A stretch of DNA of 64,000 bases from the human T2T-CHM13v2.0 reference genome, Homo sapiens. This document shows positions 43,094 to 55,900 of the stretch, piece by piece. A program made the translations under genes and the position numbers. Under the pieces are notes generated by a model, which saw only the letters and a program-made list of their open reading frames with translations, had not been told where the DNA came from and did not search any database. Each line of letters starts with the position of its first letter. Position 1 is the first letter of the stretch. The DNA lies in assembly GCF_009914755.1 (NCBI RefSeq), contig NC_060938.1, one strand, 5' to 3'.

Positions 43094-43233
43094 TTTTCTA
43101 TATATTTTAATTAATGAATGGGATCTTGCTCTGTCACCCAGGCTGAAGTGTAGTGGCGTGATCAGTACAGCCTCAAATTCCTGGACTCAAATGATTCTCC
43201 CACCTCAGCCCCCCAAATAGTGGGACTGCAGGC
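43094..43233 (-). mobile_element. 5'-truncated old Alu monomer
   Basis: Right-arm Alu sequence between TSD copies caacaccatct. Confidence 0.75.
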
Positions 43234-43369
43234 TCAACACCATCTCTAAATGATAGCTTTTATCGGAGCTCCTGCCAGCCCGCTGGGGGTGGCTACGTGC
43301 TCTTTACACTGCTCTTTAAAAAAGAGCAATGATGTTAAGAACCTTAATTCTACATATATTTATTATATA

Positions 43370-43860
43370 AGGCAAGTGTTAGTTGTTATTGTCATAGAAG
43401 ATACAAAAATAACCACAACATAATCCCTGGTTTCCAAGAGTTTTTAATGTAGTGGAGGAGACAGATGTTAGTAACTTTAACGTAGGGAAGGGTAAATTCT
43501 GCAAAGACTTCATGAATATGGTGGCTTTTGAGCTGGTCTTTGAAGGCTGGAGGAATGTAACACTTGGATATTATGCAGAAGAAGGAATGTTATTCCAGGT
43601 GGAGCAACATGAGTAAAAGCATAGGAGCAAGGAAAAAGGAAGCACAACTAGGAAATGAAGGCAGCACTATGCAGCTTTGTCTGTGTATAATGACTGGAAA
43701 GGTAACATGGTAACTAACCATTGTGTAAAGGATTTTGAGTGCCAAACTGAGCACTTTGGATTTTGTTTTGAGCAAAATTGAAAGCCATCAAATAGTTTTG
43801 AGCAAGGAGATGACATATAGTAGAATTGTTTAATAAAGTGTTTTTTAATTGGTACTATGT
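43370..43860 (-). mobile_element. L2 fragment
   Basis: Antisense L2 motifs. Confidence 0.6.
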
Positions 43861-44170
43861 ATGAAAATACTCTGTGATGTTTGTAGGTAATGATCATTCT
43901 AGGTTTTCACTCAAATTGACTGACTCCCAATTTATGGAGTGGAACATGGGTGTGTGGATTTTAGGCTCTACAACTAGTTCTGATACAAACTAGTGATTAA
44001 GAACACCTGAAGTAGTAGAATGGACATTAAAGAAGCTGTCAAAAATGTCAGACTGTTTAATGCCCAGTGACTTCTGAATTTTAGTTTCTACATCTGAAAA
44101 GAATTAGGAATAATAATACTTGCAAGATATACCTCCTAGGGTTATTGGGAAGATCACATGTGATAATATA

Positions 44171-44547
44171 CAGTCATGCACTGCATAACAACGTTTTGAT
44201 CAGTGATGGACCGCATATACAATGGTGGTCCCATAAGATTATAATGGAGCTGAAAAATTCTATTGCCTGGTGATGTGATAGCCATCCTAACAGTAGTGCA
44301 ACACATTACCTTTTCTATGTTTAGTTATACAAATACTATTATATTACAATTGCTAACAGTTTTCAGTACAGCAACATGTACAGATTTGTAGTCTAGGAGC
44401 AATAGGCTATACTGTATAGCTCAGGTTTGTAGTAGGCTATGCCATCAAGGTTTGTGTAAGTACACTTTATGATGTTTACAGAATGATAAAATCATCTAAT
44501 GATACATTTCTCAGAACACATCCCTATTGTTAAGTGATGTGTGACTG
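44171..44547. mobile_element. Tigger3/MER7 (Golem) non-autonomous element inserted in a MIR
   Basis: TA|CAGTCATGC...GTGACTG terminal inverted repeats. Confidence 0.85.
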
Positions 44548-44759
44548 TTTAGAAAAATGTTTTATGGGCTGCAATAAATACACAAATATAAGGAATGATT
44601 ATAATCATATTTGTGTTTTAGTTGTAAAGAGTTAGTTTAAGCAATGGGTTTATTGAAGAATAAAATCAGGATCAAGGAAATGGGAAACACCTACATGGAC
44701 CTTATCAGCTGCTTGCTTGGTGTGGAACATTATGGTCATCTTTTCTTTTTTGGCTTTTG

Positions 44760-45775
44760 GAATTCATTCTTTCTAAATAACTATTTATTGAGTGTCTACT
44801 GTGAGTCATGCATTGTTATAGGTGTGGAGATAGAGTGGTGAACAAAGATTCTCTGCCATTACAGAGTGTTCTCGTGAGAGTAGATGGAAAGTGTATTAGT
44901 CTGTTCTCACATTGCTATAAAGAATTATAATCATGGTGGAAGGGGAAGCAAGCACGTCCTTCTTCACAAGATGGCAGAAGAAAGAAGTGCCGAGCAAAGG
45001 GGGAAAAAGCCCCTTATAAAACCATCAGATTTTGTGAGAACTCACTCACTATCAGGAGAACATGAGGGTAACTGCTCCCATGATTCAGTTACCTCCTACC
45101 GGGACCCTCCCATGACATGTGGGGATTGTGGGAACTACAAGACGAGATTTGGGTGGGGACACAGCAAAACCACATCAGAAAATAAATTTATAATAGGTCG
45201 TAAGTACTACAGAGGAAAATAAAACAAGTTAAGGTGATGGGGGCAATTGCTCATTTAGGTAGGATGGTCAGGAAAGCCCTCTCTGATGAGATGATGTTTG
45301 AGCAGAAATCTGAAGGAGTAAAGAGAATAAAACATGTGGTTGTCTGGTTAGAAGACAAGTCTAGGCAGTGAGAACAGCAAGTGAAAAAGCCCTGAGGTTG
45401 AAACATACTTGTGTATTCATAGAATACTGAGAAGGCCATTGGGAATGGACCATTATAAGCAAAGAAATAGTAGTAGGAGTTGAGGTCAGAGAGTTAGCAA
45501 GTGGGACAAGATCATTTAGGGGCCTCTAGGCCATGGCAAGGGCATTTTTTTTTTCTTTCCTGGGGATGATAGACATTGGAGGGTTTTGAGCAGGGAAATA
45601 AAACATTGTGACTTACAATGTAAAATGATAAGTCTTGTTGCTATTAAATTTCCAAACAAAACTATCAAGTAGGTAGTTAATATTGAAGTCTGAAGTTCAG
45701 GGGAGAAACCTGGGCTGGAGATAAAAAGTATGAATGTATAATTTGTTGTCAACATATAGATGATATTTAAATCCA
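44760..45775 (-). mobile_element. L2 split by a THE1 LTR
   Basis: tatttattgagtgtctactgtg start; L2 body resumes after 45180. Confidence 0.7.
44892..45177 (-). mobile_element. THE1 solo LTR with internal deletion
   Basis: TGTATTAGTC...ACATCA; TSD gaaag/gaaaa. Confidence 0.88.
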
Positions 45776-47189
45776 TCTCAAATGTTCTTAACTGACTCTC
45801 TTGCTTGGAAAAATTTAGGGTGTATTGTTCCAAAATTTTTTATATTTAAATCTTTAATCCACCTGGAATTTTGGAACATAGTTTGATATCACATTCCAGT
45901 ATTTTTTTTCCATATAGATAACAAACACTATCAAATTAACCATTCTTTTCTCCATATGTATAACCAGCCTCATTTATTACGCTATTTTTTCCCAATGAAT
46001 TTTTGTATATAAAACTCTCCTGTATACTGGTATCTATTTTTGTATTCGCTACTCTTTCCATGGTCTGTTTGCTCAATCCCAAACCACTTTTCCTATTGAT
46101 TTGATTGCAGAGGCTTTATTATATGTGTCTGATTAGGTTTGTCCCTCTTTACCCTTCTTATATTTTATACTTTTTGGGAGTATTCTCAGGCATTTTTTCT
46201 TTCATATGAATTTTAACATAATTTTATTAAACGAACAAAATACTACATTTGATTTATATGAATTTTGAGAATTCATATAAATTTTGACATGAATTTTACA
46301 ATTTATGTCTTTCCAGTGTTCCATGGCTAAATAACAATAACTGTTATAACATTATTAGGTTTTGTTTTCTTCATGTAGGTTAAGATTTTGTTTTCTTCAT
46401 ATAGGTTCTGTGTTTTCCTTGTTTACATTTATTACTACTGTACCCCTATTATAGTTTTAGCTGTTATTGTAAGAGGAAAAATTTTCACCTTTTCCTCTTT
46501 TGGTTACTGGTTCCAAGTACAAAAAAGTTCTTGATTTTTCTAAATTTAACTTTACTGTAGTCATCTTACCAAATTCTTATTATTAAATCAGGATGCTTTC
46601 ATTGGTATATTTTCTAAATATATAATCATGTAATCATTAATTTCCTTTTCAGTGTCCATATAAATTACTTCATTTTTGGTCTAATTTCTCTTTATCATGC
46701 TTTTTTTGTTACCTTTGCCCCCTTTTTTCATATTTTTAAAACAATTTATTCTGCAAAAATTTCTTGAGCACGTTTTTGTGTGTCAAGTGCTTTATTGGTG
46801 CTAGAGATTCAATAATGAACAAAAAGGACAAAATCCCTGTGTGATGGAACTCTATTATTTGCTTCCTGACATTAATTGAAATGACTTAGTGTTTTATTGT
46901 TTAGTATATTTTCTGTAGGCTGTGGTGAATAGACTATCATATTTATATAGTTTTCTTTTAGGCCTATATTTCTTAAAGTTTTTATTAGGAATAACTGCTG
47001 AATTTTATTTGACTTGTTTTCATCAGCTGATAATATGATAATCTGGTTTGTCTTTTATTGCTTTTTATGGATTATTGATTTTAAAAATTGTTCTCTAATC
47101 AAGTATTATTCATTTAGTATTAAGGCAATATGTCTTACTTGATACTGTGTACTTAGCATGCTAGTTACTATCTTTAATTAACAAGTATC

Positions 47190-47776
47190 ATGGATTGTGT
47201 TTTCCAAAAATGAACACAACCATAACTCCTATTCCACTGGGTTTTCTTACAGTATAACTTTGAACTTTTTATATTGAGAGGTAGCGTTTTTATACTGAGA
47301 GGTAGCGTCTCTGTTCTCTCTCCTTGAATCTGGGTGGGAGTGTGACTATAGCAGAAGTGGCACTATGTGATTTCCAAGACTATATCATAAATGATGATAT
47401 AGCTTCTCTTCTTGGATACATGGTTTGTGGAACTTAGACACCATTATGTGAGCAAGTCCAAAGAGCCCATGGAGAGGCCATATGTAGGTATTAATACTGA
47501 CAGTCCCAGCTGAGAGCCCAGCTTACAGCTACATCAACCACCAGTCATATGAATGAATGAACTTCTAGGTGATTTCAGCTCCCAGCTCTTGAGTCACTTT
47601 CAGCCTTCAAGTGTTCCCACCTGAGGCCCCAGACATTGTGAAACAGAGATAAGCCAACCTGCTGTACCCTTTCCGAATTCCTGACTCACATAATCTGTGA
47701 GACCCACAGTGAAATGGTGGTTGCTTTATGTTTTAAATTTGGGATGGTTTTTATATGGTAATGAGTAACTGAAACA
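47190..47776 (+). mobile_element. MLT1 (G/H-type) LTR, with a 21-bp tandem duplication at 47266-47307
   Basis: MLT1 motifs ending taactgaaaca; tttttata(t/c)tgagaggtagcg x2. Confidence 0.75.
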
Positions 47777-48341
47777 AGAAAAGGACAATTTATATACAAA
47801 ATTAATAATTTTCCCCTCATTTTTATATAACACACATTAACTGTATTATGCAATCATCTGTAACAATACTGCCAACTTCATGTGGTGCAAAGAGTATCTG
47901 GAGTCAGCTGAGCAAGATTCAGGTTACAGAACAACAGTAAAATATGTGTTTTATTTTGAGAAGTTCAAGTAATCTCTCCAAGTTTGCTTTTCTTTAAAAT
48001 GGTGAGGAATATTATCAACATAACTTGATAATGATGTTAATGTAGAACAAGTAGTCATCAGTGAGTATTTTAAAGAGTCATTTGAGATTTTCAGTACACA
48101 AATATAATCAATTACAGGTATTTTGTTAACAAAACCTTAATATTAATACAGAATGTGCTAAACTAACAGGCAAACAGGAACACCATAAAACTGTAATTCT
48201 TCTCCCTTTCTCCCATAATCAGTACTAGAGGCTGGTCATTATTTTAATAAGGAACAGATTGTAAGCCCATTCATTTGCATATGGACTTTTGATACCTCCT
48301 TTTAAGACTTCCATATACCTTCTTTGTATCCTTTCTAATTT

Positions 48342-48431
48342 ATAGACATTAATGGTCCTAGCTATGTATTTGGTATGTAACAGTTAATAGACATTAATAG
48401 TCCTATCTATCTATTTGATATGTAAAAGTTA
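48342..48431 (+). repeat. 45-bp tandem duplication
   Basis: atagacattaat.gtccta.ctat.tatttg.tatgtaa.agtta x2; 40/45 identical. Confidence 0.9.
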
Positions 48432-49002
48432 GACAGATTGTTATTTTCAAAAGCTGTATTCAGGAAGTCTTGGCAGGTATATAGAGGTATTTACTTGCTA
48501 TATATAGCATAGAAATAATAAAATTTTTCCCTCAGTGAGGTTTCTTCACCAGGATAATAAAATTTCCCATCACTGAAAATTGAGTATGCCTTTATTTTTA
48601 ATTACTTTTAAAATAAATATAACCATCTTTATTTTTATATAATGCATTAACTTGATCATATCTTTCATGTTTATTTTTCAGAGCAAAATTTCCCCTCCAT
48701 TTTCCTCATCTCTTCCTTTTTCCTTTGCTTTCTTCTGCCCTTTCTCTCCTCACTTCATAATCCATATTAACAACCAGAGTGTGTCTTTCCCTATTTTTCT
48801 TTATGCATATACAATCATAATGAGAGTGAAAGGTGATACATATGGTGGTTAAAACAGACTCTGTAAACTTCATTTACAGTACAATGGTTATTGTTTTTAC
48901 AAAAATAAAATTATTTCTGTGTACCTTTCTGCATCTTGCATTTTTTTTTCAACAATATTTCATTAAATCCTGCCAAGATATGGTTTAGCTCTGGTTCATT
49001 GT

Positions 49003-49157
49003 TTTTAAAGGCTACCTAATATTCCCTGGTATAGGCTGGTGTAGGGAATATTATGTAGGCTTTAAAATCACCTGGTGTAGGGAATATCATGTAGGCTTTA
49101 AAATTTAAATTTAAATTCCCCTGGTATAGGGAATATTATGTAGGCTTTAAAATCACC
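49003..49157. repeat. Complex inverted plus tandem repeat
   Basis: Three copies of ctggtRtagggaatatYatgtaggctttaaaat; their core is the reverse complement of 49003-49027. Confidence 0.9.
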
Positions 49158-49253
49158 AATTCTTCTTTCTTGTATGTATGTCCTCAAATGCTGGGGCTTG
49201 TATTTCAGTTGTATAGATTTCTAGGAAAGGGGTGTTAGATAGGAATGTATCTG

Positions 49254-49566
<313 letters not shown>

Positions 49567-49932
49567 GTAATTTAATTTTTAATAGATTGCAAGATTGCTT
49601 TCCAAAAATTCTGTAATACTTCACATTGTCACTAGCAATGTAGGAGAACCGTCTTACACATATCCCACCATTTTAGGTTTTATAGGTCTTTTTAATTTTT
49701 ACCAATCTGACAGGTATAAAGGGATTTCTCATTGCTTTATTTTGTATTTCTCTATCAGTGAGTTGAGTTTCTTTTTTTCTTTTTTTCACAATTCACACAG
49801 ATATTTAATATAATACATCCATTTACTAGAGTTAATGTAGTAAATTACATACCTTATGATAAAAGTTCAAATTCCTAACATAAATCTTTTTATATTTTAA
49901 GAGGTTTAAATTGGAAAAAGGACTCATTGGTG

Positions 49933-52900
49933 TTTTTTTTTTCATTTTACACTTTTTAATTCTTGTGGCTACATAGTAGTTATATATATTTATAGGTTAC
50001 ATGAGATATTTTGATACAGGCATGCAAGGTGTAATAATCTCAGCAGGGTAAATGGGGTATCAAGCATCTCAAGCATTTCCCCTTTGTGTTTCAAACAATC
50101 CAATTATGTGCTTTTAGTTACTTTAAAATGTACAATTACGTTTTTTTTGTGCTATAGTCACCCTGTTGTGCTAGGAAATTGGAGTTCTTATTCATTCTGT
50201 CTATATTTTGTACCCATTAACCATCCCCATTTCTCCCCCATACCTCCTCACTATGCTTCCCAACCTCTAGTGACCATCATTCTACTCTCTAGCTCCATGA
50301 GTTCAGTTATTTTAATTTTTAGGTCCCACAGATAAGTGAAAACATGCAATGTTTGTCTTTCTGTACCTGTCTTATTTCACTTTACGTAATAACCTCCAGT
50401 TCCATCCTAGTCGTTGCAAATGACAGGATCTCATTCTTTTGTGTGGCTGAATAGTATTCCATTGTGTGTATGTACCACATTTTCTTTATCTATTTGTCTG
50501 TTGATGGATGCTTCCAAATTTTGGCTATTGTGAATAGTACTGCAATAAACATGGGAGTTCAGATATATCTTCGATATACTGATTTCCTTTATTTTGGGTA
50601 TAAACCTAGCAGTGGGATTGCTGGATTATATGGTAACTCTATTTTTAGTTTTTCAACAAACCTTCAAACCGTTCTCCATAGTGGTTGTACTAATTTACAT
50701 TCCCACCAACAGTATATAAGGGTTCCCTTTTCTCCACATCCTCACCAGCATTTGTTATTAACCTGTCTTTTGAATAAGAGCCATTTTAACTGGTGTGAAA
50801 TGATATCTCATTGTAGTTATGATTTGCAGCTCTCTGATGATCAGTGCTGTTGAACACTTTTTCCTGTTTAACATTTGTATATCATCTTTTGAGAAATGTC
50901 TATTCAGATCTTTTGCTCATTTTTAACCAGAGTATTAGATTTTTTTTCTATAGAGCTGTTTGAGCTTCTTATATATTCTGGCTATTAATCCCTTGTCAGA
51001 TAGGTAGTTTGCAAATATTTTCTCCCATTCTGTGGGTTGTCTCTTCATTTCCTTTGCTGTGCGGAAGCTTTTTGACTTGATGTGCTCTCATTTTTTCATT
51101 TTTGCTTTGCTTGCCTGTGCCTGTGGTGTATTACTCAAGAAATTTTTGTTCATTCCAATATCCTGGAGAGTTTCTTCAGTGTTTTCTTGTAGGAGTTTCA
51201 AAGTTTGAAGTCTTAGATTTAAATCTTTAATCCATTTTGATTTGATTTTTGTGTATGGTGAGAGATAGGGGTCTAGTTTTATTTTTCTGCATATGGATAT
51301 CCATATGTTTTCCCAGAACCATTTATTGAAGAGACTGTCCTTTCCCCAATGTATATTCTTGGCACCTTTGTCAAAAGTGAGTTCACTGTAGATGTATGGA
51401 TTTATTTCTGCGTTCTGTATTCTGATCCACTGTTCTGTGTATCTGTTTTCATGCCAGTACCATGATGTTTTGATTACTATAGCTCTAGTATAATTTGAAG
51501 TCAGATAATTTGATTTCTCCAGCTTGTTTTTTTTGTTCAGGATAGCTTTCGCTACTCTGGGTCTTTTGTGGTTCCAAATAAATTTTAGAATTGTTTTTTA
51601 TATTTCTGTGAAGAATGTCATTGGTATTTTGATAGGGATTACATTGAATCTGTAGATTGCTTTGGGTAGTATGGACATTTTAACAATATTGATTCTTCTG
51701 TGAACATGGAATATCTTTATTTTTTGGTGTCCTTTTCAGTTTCTTGCATCAATATTTTATAGTTTTCATTGTAGAGATCTTTCACTTCGGCTAATTCCTA
51801 AGTATTCTGTTTTATTTGTAGCTATTTTAAGTGGTATTGATTTCTTTTTCAGATTGTTTTCTATTGACACATAAAAAAGCTACTGATTTTTATATGTTTG
51901 CATCCTGCAACTTTCTGAATTTGTTTATAATTTCTAATAGTTTTTTTGGTGGAGCTTTTGGGTTTTTCCAAATATGAGATCATATTATCTGCAAACATGG
52001 ATAATTTGACTTCTTCCTTTCCATTTGGATGCCCTTTATTTCTTTCTCTTGCCTGATTGCTCCAGCTAGGACTTCCAGTACTACGTTGAATAACAGTGGT
52101 GAAAGTGGGCGTCCCTGTCATGTTCCAGATCTTAGAGGAAAGGCTTTCAGTTTTTTTTTTCAGTATGATACTAGCTGTGGGTCTGTCACATATGGCTTTT
52201 AATGTGTTGGGGTATTTTTCTTCTATACCCAGTTTTTTGAGGGTTTTTATCATGAAGGGATGTTTAATTTTATCAAATGCTTTTTCAGCATCAATGGAAA
52301 TGATCATATGGTTTTTGTCCTTCATTCTGTTGATATGATGTAGCACATTGATTAATTTGGGTTTGTGTGTGTTGAACCACTCTTGGTCCTTGTTCTTGTT
52401 TTATCCCTGTGATAAATCTTACTTGGTCATGATGAATTATCTTTTTTACGTGCTGTTGAATTCAGTTTGCTAGTATTTGTTGAGGATTTTTGTATTACTG
52501 TTAATCAGTGATATCAGTTTGTAGTTTTCTTTTTTTGCTGTGTCTTTGTCTGGTTTTGGTATTGGGGTAATCCTGTCTTCTTAGAATGAATTTGGCAGTA
52601 CCCTTTTCTATTCTGTTTTTTGGAATAGTTTGAGTAGGATTGATACAAGTGCCTCTTTAGATGTTTGGTGGAATTCATCAGTGAAGCCATCAGATTCTAG
52701 GCTTTTCTTTACTAGGAGAATTTTATTACAGCTTCAATCTCATTACTTATTATTAGTCTCTTCAGATTTTGGATTTCTTTATGCTTCAGTCTTGGTTAGA
52801 TTGTATGTATCTAAGAATTTATCCATTTTTTTTCCTAGATTTTCCATCTTATTTTCATATGGTTGGTCATAATAACCACAAATGATTCTTTGAATTTCTG

Positions 52901-55900
52901 TGGTATCAGTTGTAACAGCTCCTTTTTCAGCTGTGATTTCATTTATTTGGGTCATCTCTCTCTGTTTTTTTTTTTTTTACCTTGGCTAAAGATTTACCAA
53001 TTTTGTTTAACTTTTCTAAAAACCAACTCTTTGCTTCATTAATCTTTTTTTTTCATTTCAATTTCATTTATTTCTGCTGTGATCTTTATTATTTCTTCAA
53101 CTAATTTCAGGTTTGGTTTGTGTTTGTTTCTCTAGTTCTTTAAATGCATCATTACGTTGTTTATTTGAAGTCTTTCTTCTTTTCTGATGTAGGCACTTGT
53201 AACTATAACCTTCCCTCTTAGTACTGCTTTTGGTGTATCCCATAGGTTTTGGTATGTTGTTTCTATTATCATTTGTTTCCAGAAATTTCTCAATTTCCTT
53301 CTTAATTTCTTCATTGACACACTGGTCATTCAGGAGCATGTTGTTTAATTTGCATGTGTTTGTATAGTTTCCAAAATTCCTCTTGTTGTTGATTTCTAGT
53401 TTTATTTTATTGTGGTCAGAAAAGATGCTTGATATTATTTCAATTTTTTGAATGTTTTAAGATTTGTTTTGTGACTTAACATATGGTCTGTTCTTGAGAA
53501 TGATCCATGTGCTAAGGAAAAGAATGTGTATTCTGCAGCCTGTGGATGAAATGTTTTGTGAATATCTATGAGGTCCATTTGTTCTGTGGTGCAGATGAAG
53601 TCCGATGTTTCCTTGTTGATTTTTTTTTTTGGTCTAGAAGATCTGTCTTATGCTGAAAGTGGGGTGTTGAAATCTCCACATATTTTTGTATTGGGGCCTA
53701 TTTCTCTCTTTAGCCCTAATAACATTTGCTTTATATATCTGGGTGCTCCAGTGTTGGATGCATATATATTTGCAGTTGTTATATCCTCTTGCTGAATTGA
53801 CCTCTTTATATAATGACCTTCCTTGTCTCTTCTTACAGTGTTTGTCTTGAAAACTATTTTGTCTGATAAAGGTATAGCTACTCCTGTTCTTTTTTGCCTT
53901 CTATTGGCATGGAATATTTTCCCCATCTCTTCATTTTCTGTCTATGTGTGTCCTTATAGGTGAAGTGTGTTTCTTGTAGGCAACAGGTCATGGCCTTGTT
54001 TTTTCATCCATTCAGCCACTGTCTTTTGATTGGAGATATTAGTCCATTTACATTCAACATTATTATTGATAGTAATATTAAAAGACTGATACATTCTTAT
54101 TCTTGCTATTTTGTTATTTATTCTCTGGTCGTTTTGTGGTCTTCCTTCTTTCCTTCCTTCCTGTCTTTGTTTTATTGAAGGTGATTTTCTCTGGTGGTAT
54201 GATTTAATTTTTTGTCTTTTATTTTTCCTATATCTGTTGTATGGTTTTTGATTTGAGGTTATCATGAGACTTGCAAATACTATCTTATAAACCATTATTT
54301 TAAGCTGATAACAACTTATCACTGTTTGCATAAACAAATAAGCAAAAAGAAAACTAATAAAAACTCTACACCTTAACTTTGTCTCTCACTTTTTAACTTT
54401 TTGTTTTTCTTATTTGTATCTTACTGTAGTGTCTGTCTTGTAAAGTTGTAGCTATTATTTTTGATTGGTTTATCTTTTAGTGTTTCTACTTAAGAGTAAT
54501 TTACATACCACAGTTATAGTGTTATAATATTCTGTGTTTTTTTCTATGTACTTACTCTTACCAGTAAGTTTTGTGCCTTCAGATGATTTCTTATTGCTCA
54601 TTAATATCCTTTTCTTTTTGATTGAAGTATTCCCTTTAACCTTTTTTTTGTAGGACAGTTCTGGTTTTGATGAAGTCCTTCAGCTTTTGTTTGGGAAAAT
54701 CTTTATTTCTCCTTTATGTTGAAGGATGTTTTCCTGGATATACTATTCTAACAAAAAATTTTTTTTTTCCTTCAGCACTTTGAATACGTCATGCCACTCT
54801 CTGCTAGCCAATAGGGTTTCCACTGGAAAGTCTGCTGCCAAATGTATTGGAGCCCCATTGTATGTTATTTGTTTCTTTTCTCTTGCTGCTTTTAGGTTCT
54901 TTTTTTTTCTTTTTTTCTTTTTTTTTTTAAATCTTTGGCCTTTGAAAGTTTGATTATTAACTGCCTTGAGGTAGTATTCTTTGGGTTAAATCTGCTTGGT
55001 CTTCTATAATCTTCTCATACTTGGATATTGATATTTTCCCCTAGGCTTGGGAAGTTCTCTGTTATTATCCCTTTCAATAAAGTGTCTACCTCAATCTCTT
55101 TCTCTACCTCCTCTTTGAGACCAGTAACTCTTAGATTTGCCCTTTTGAAGCTGTTTTCTAGATATTGTAAGCATGCTTTTTTTTTATTCTTTTGTCTCCT
55201 CTGTGTGTTTTCAAATAGCCTATCTTCAATCTCACTAATTCTTTCTTCTGCTTGATCAATTTTGCTATTAAAAGACTCTGATACATTATTCAGTATGTCA
55301 GTTGGATTTTTTACCTCCAGTACTTTGGCTTGATTCTTTTTAATTATTTAAATCTCTTTGTTAAATTTATCTGATATAATTCTGAATTCCTTCTCTGTGT
55401 TATCTTGAATTTCTTTGAGTTTCTTCAACACAGCTATTTTGAATTTTTTCTCTGAAAGGTTTCATATTTGTGTTTCTCCAGGATTGATGTCTGGCACCTT
55501 ATTTAGTTGGTTTGCTGAGGTCATGTTTTCCATGGGTGGTGGTGATGATTGTAGATGTTCGTCAGGCATTGAAGAGTTAGGTGTTTACTTATAGTCCTTG
55601 CAGTCTGGGCTTATTTGTGCTTGTCCTGCTTGGGAAGGCTTTACAGGTATTCAGAATGACTTGGGTGTTGTGATGTAAGCTGTATCTCCATTAGGGGGCA
55701 CCCCAAGGCCACTAATGCTGTGGTTCTTGTAGATTTGTATAGGTACTACTTTGCTGGTCTTGGTTAAGATCCAGGACATTTCTCTAGATTACCAGGCAGA
55801 TACTCTTGTTCTCTTCCTTTATTTTCTCCCAAACAAAAGTAGTTTCTGTCTCTGCGATGAACTACCTGTGGCTGGGGATGGGGGTGACACAAGCAGCTCT

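Noticed and set aside
49036-49157. Three ~35-bp direct repeats superficially like a CRISPR array
   Set aside because: Mammalian DNA, no unique spacers of regular length, no cas genes; explained by local inverted duplication.
51861-53926. RT and endonuclease-like peptides
   Set aside because: Frameshifted L1 ORF2 remnants, not a functional gene.
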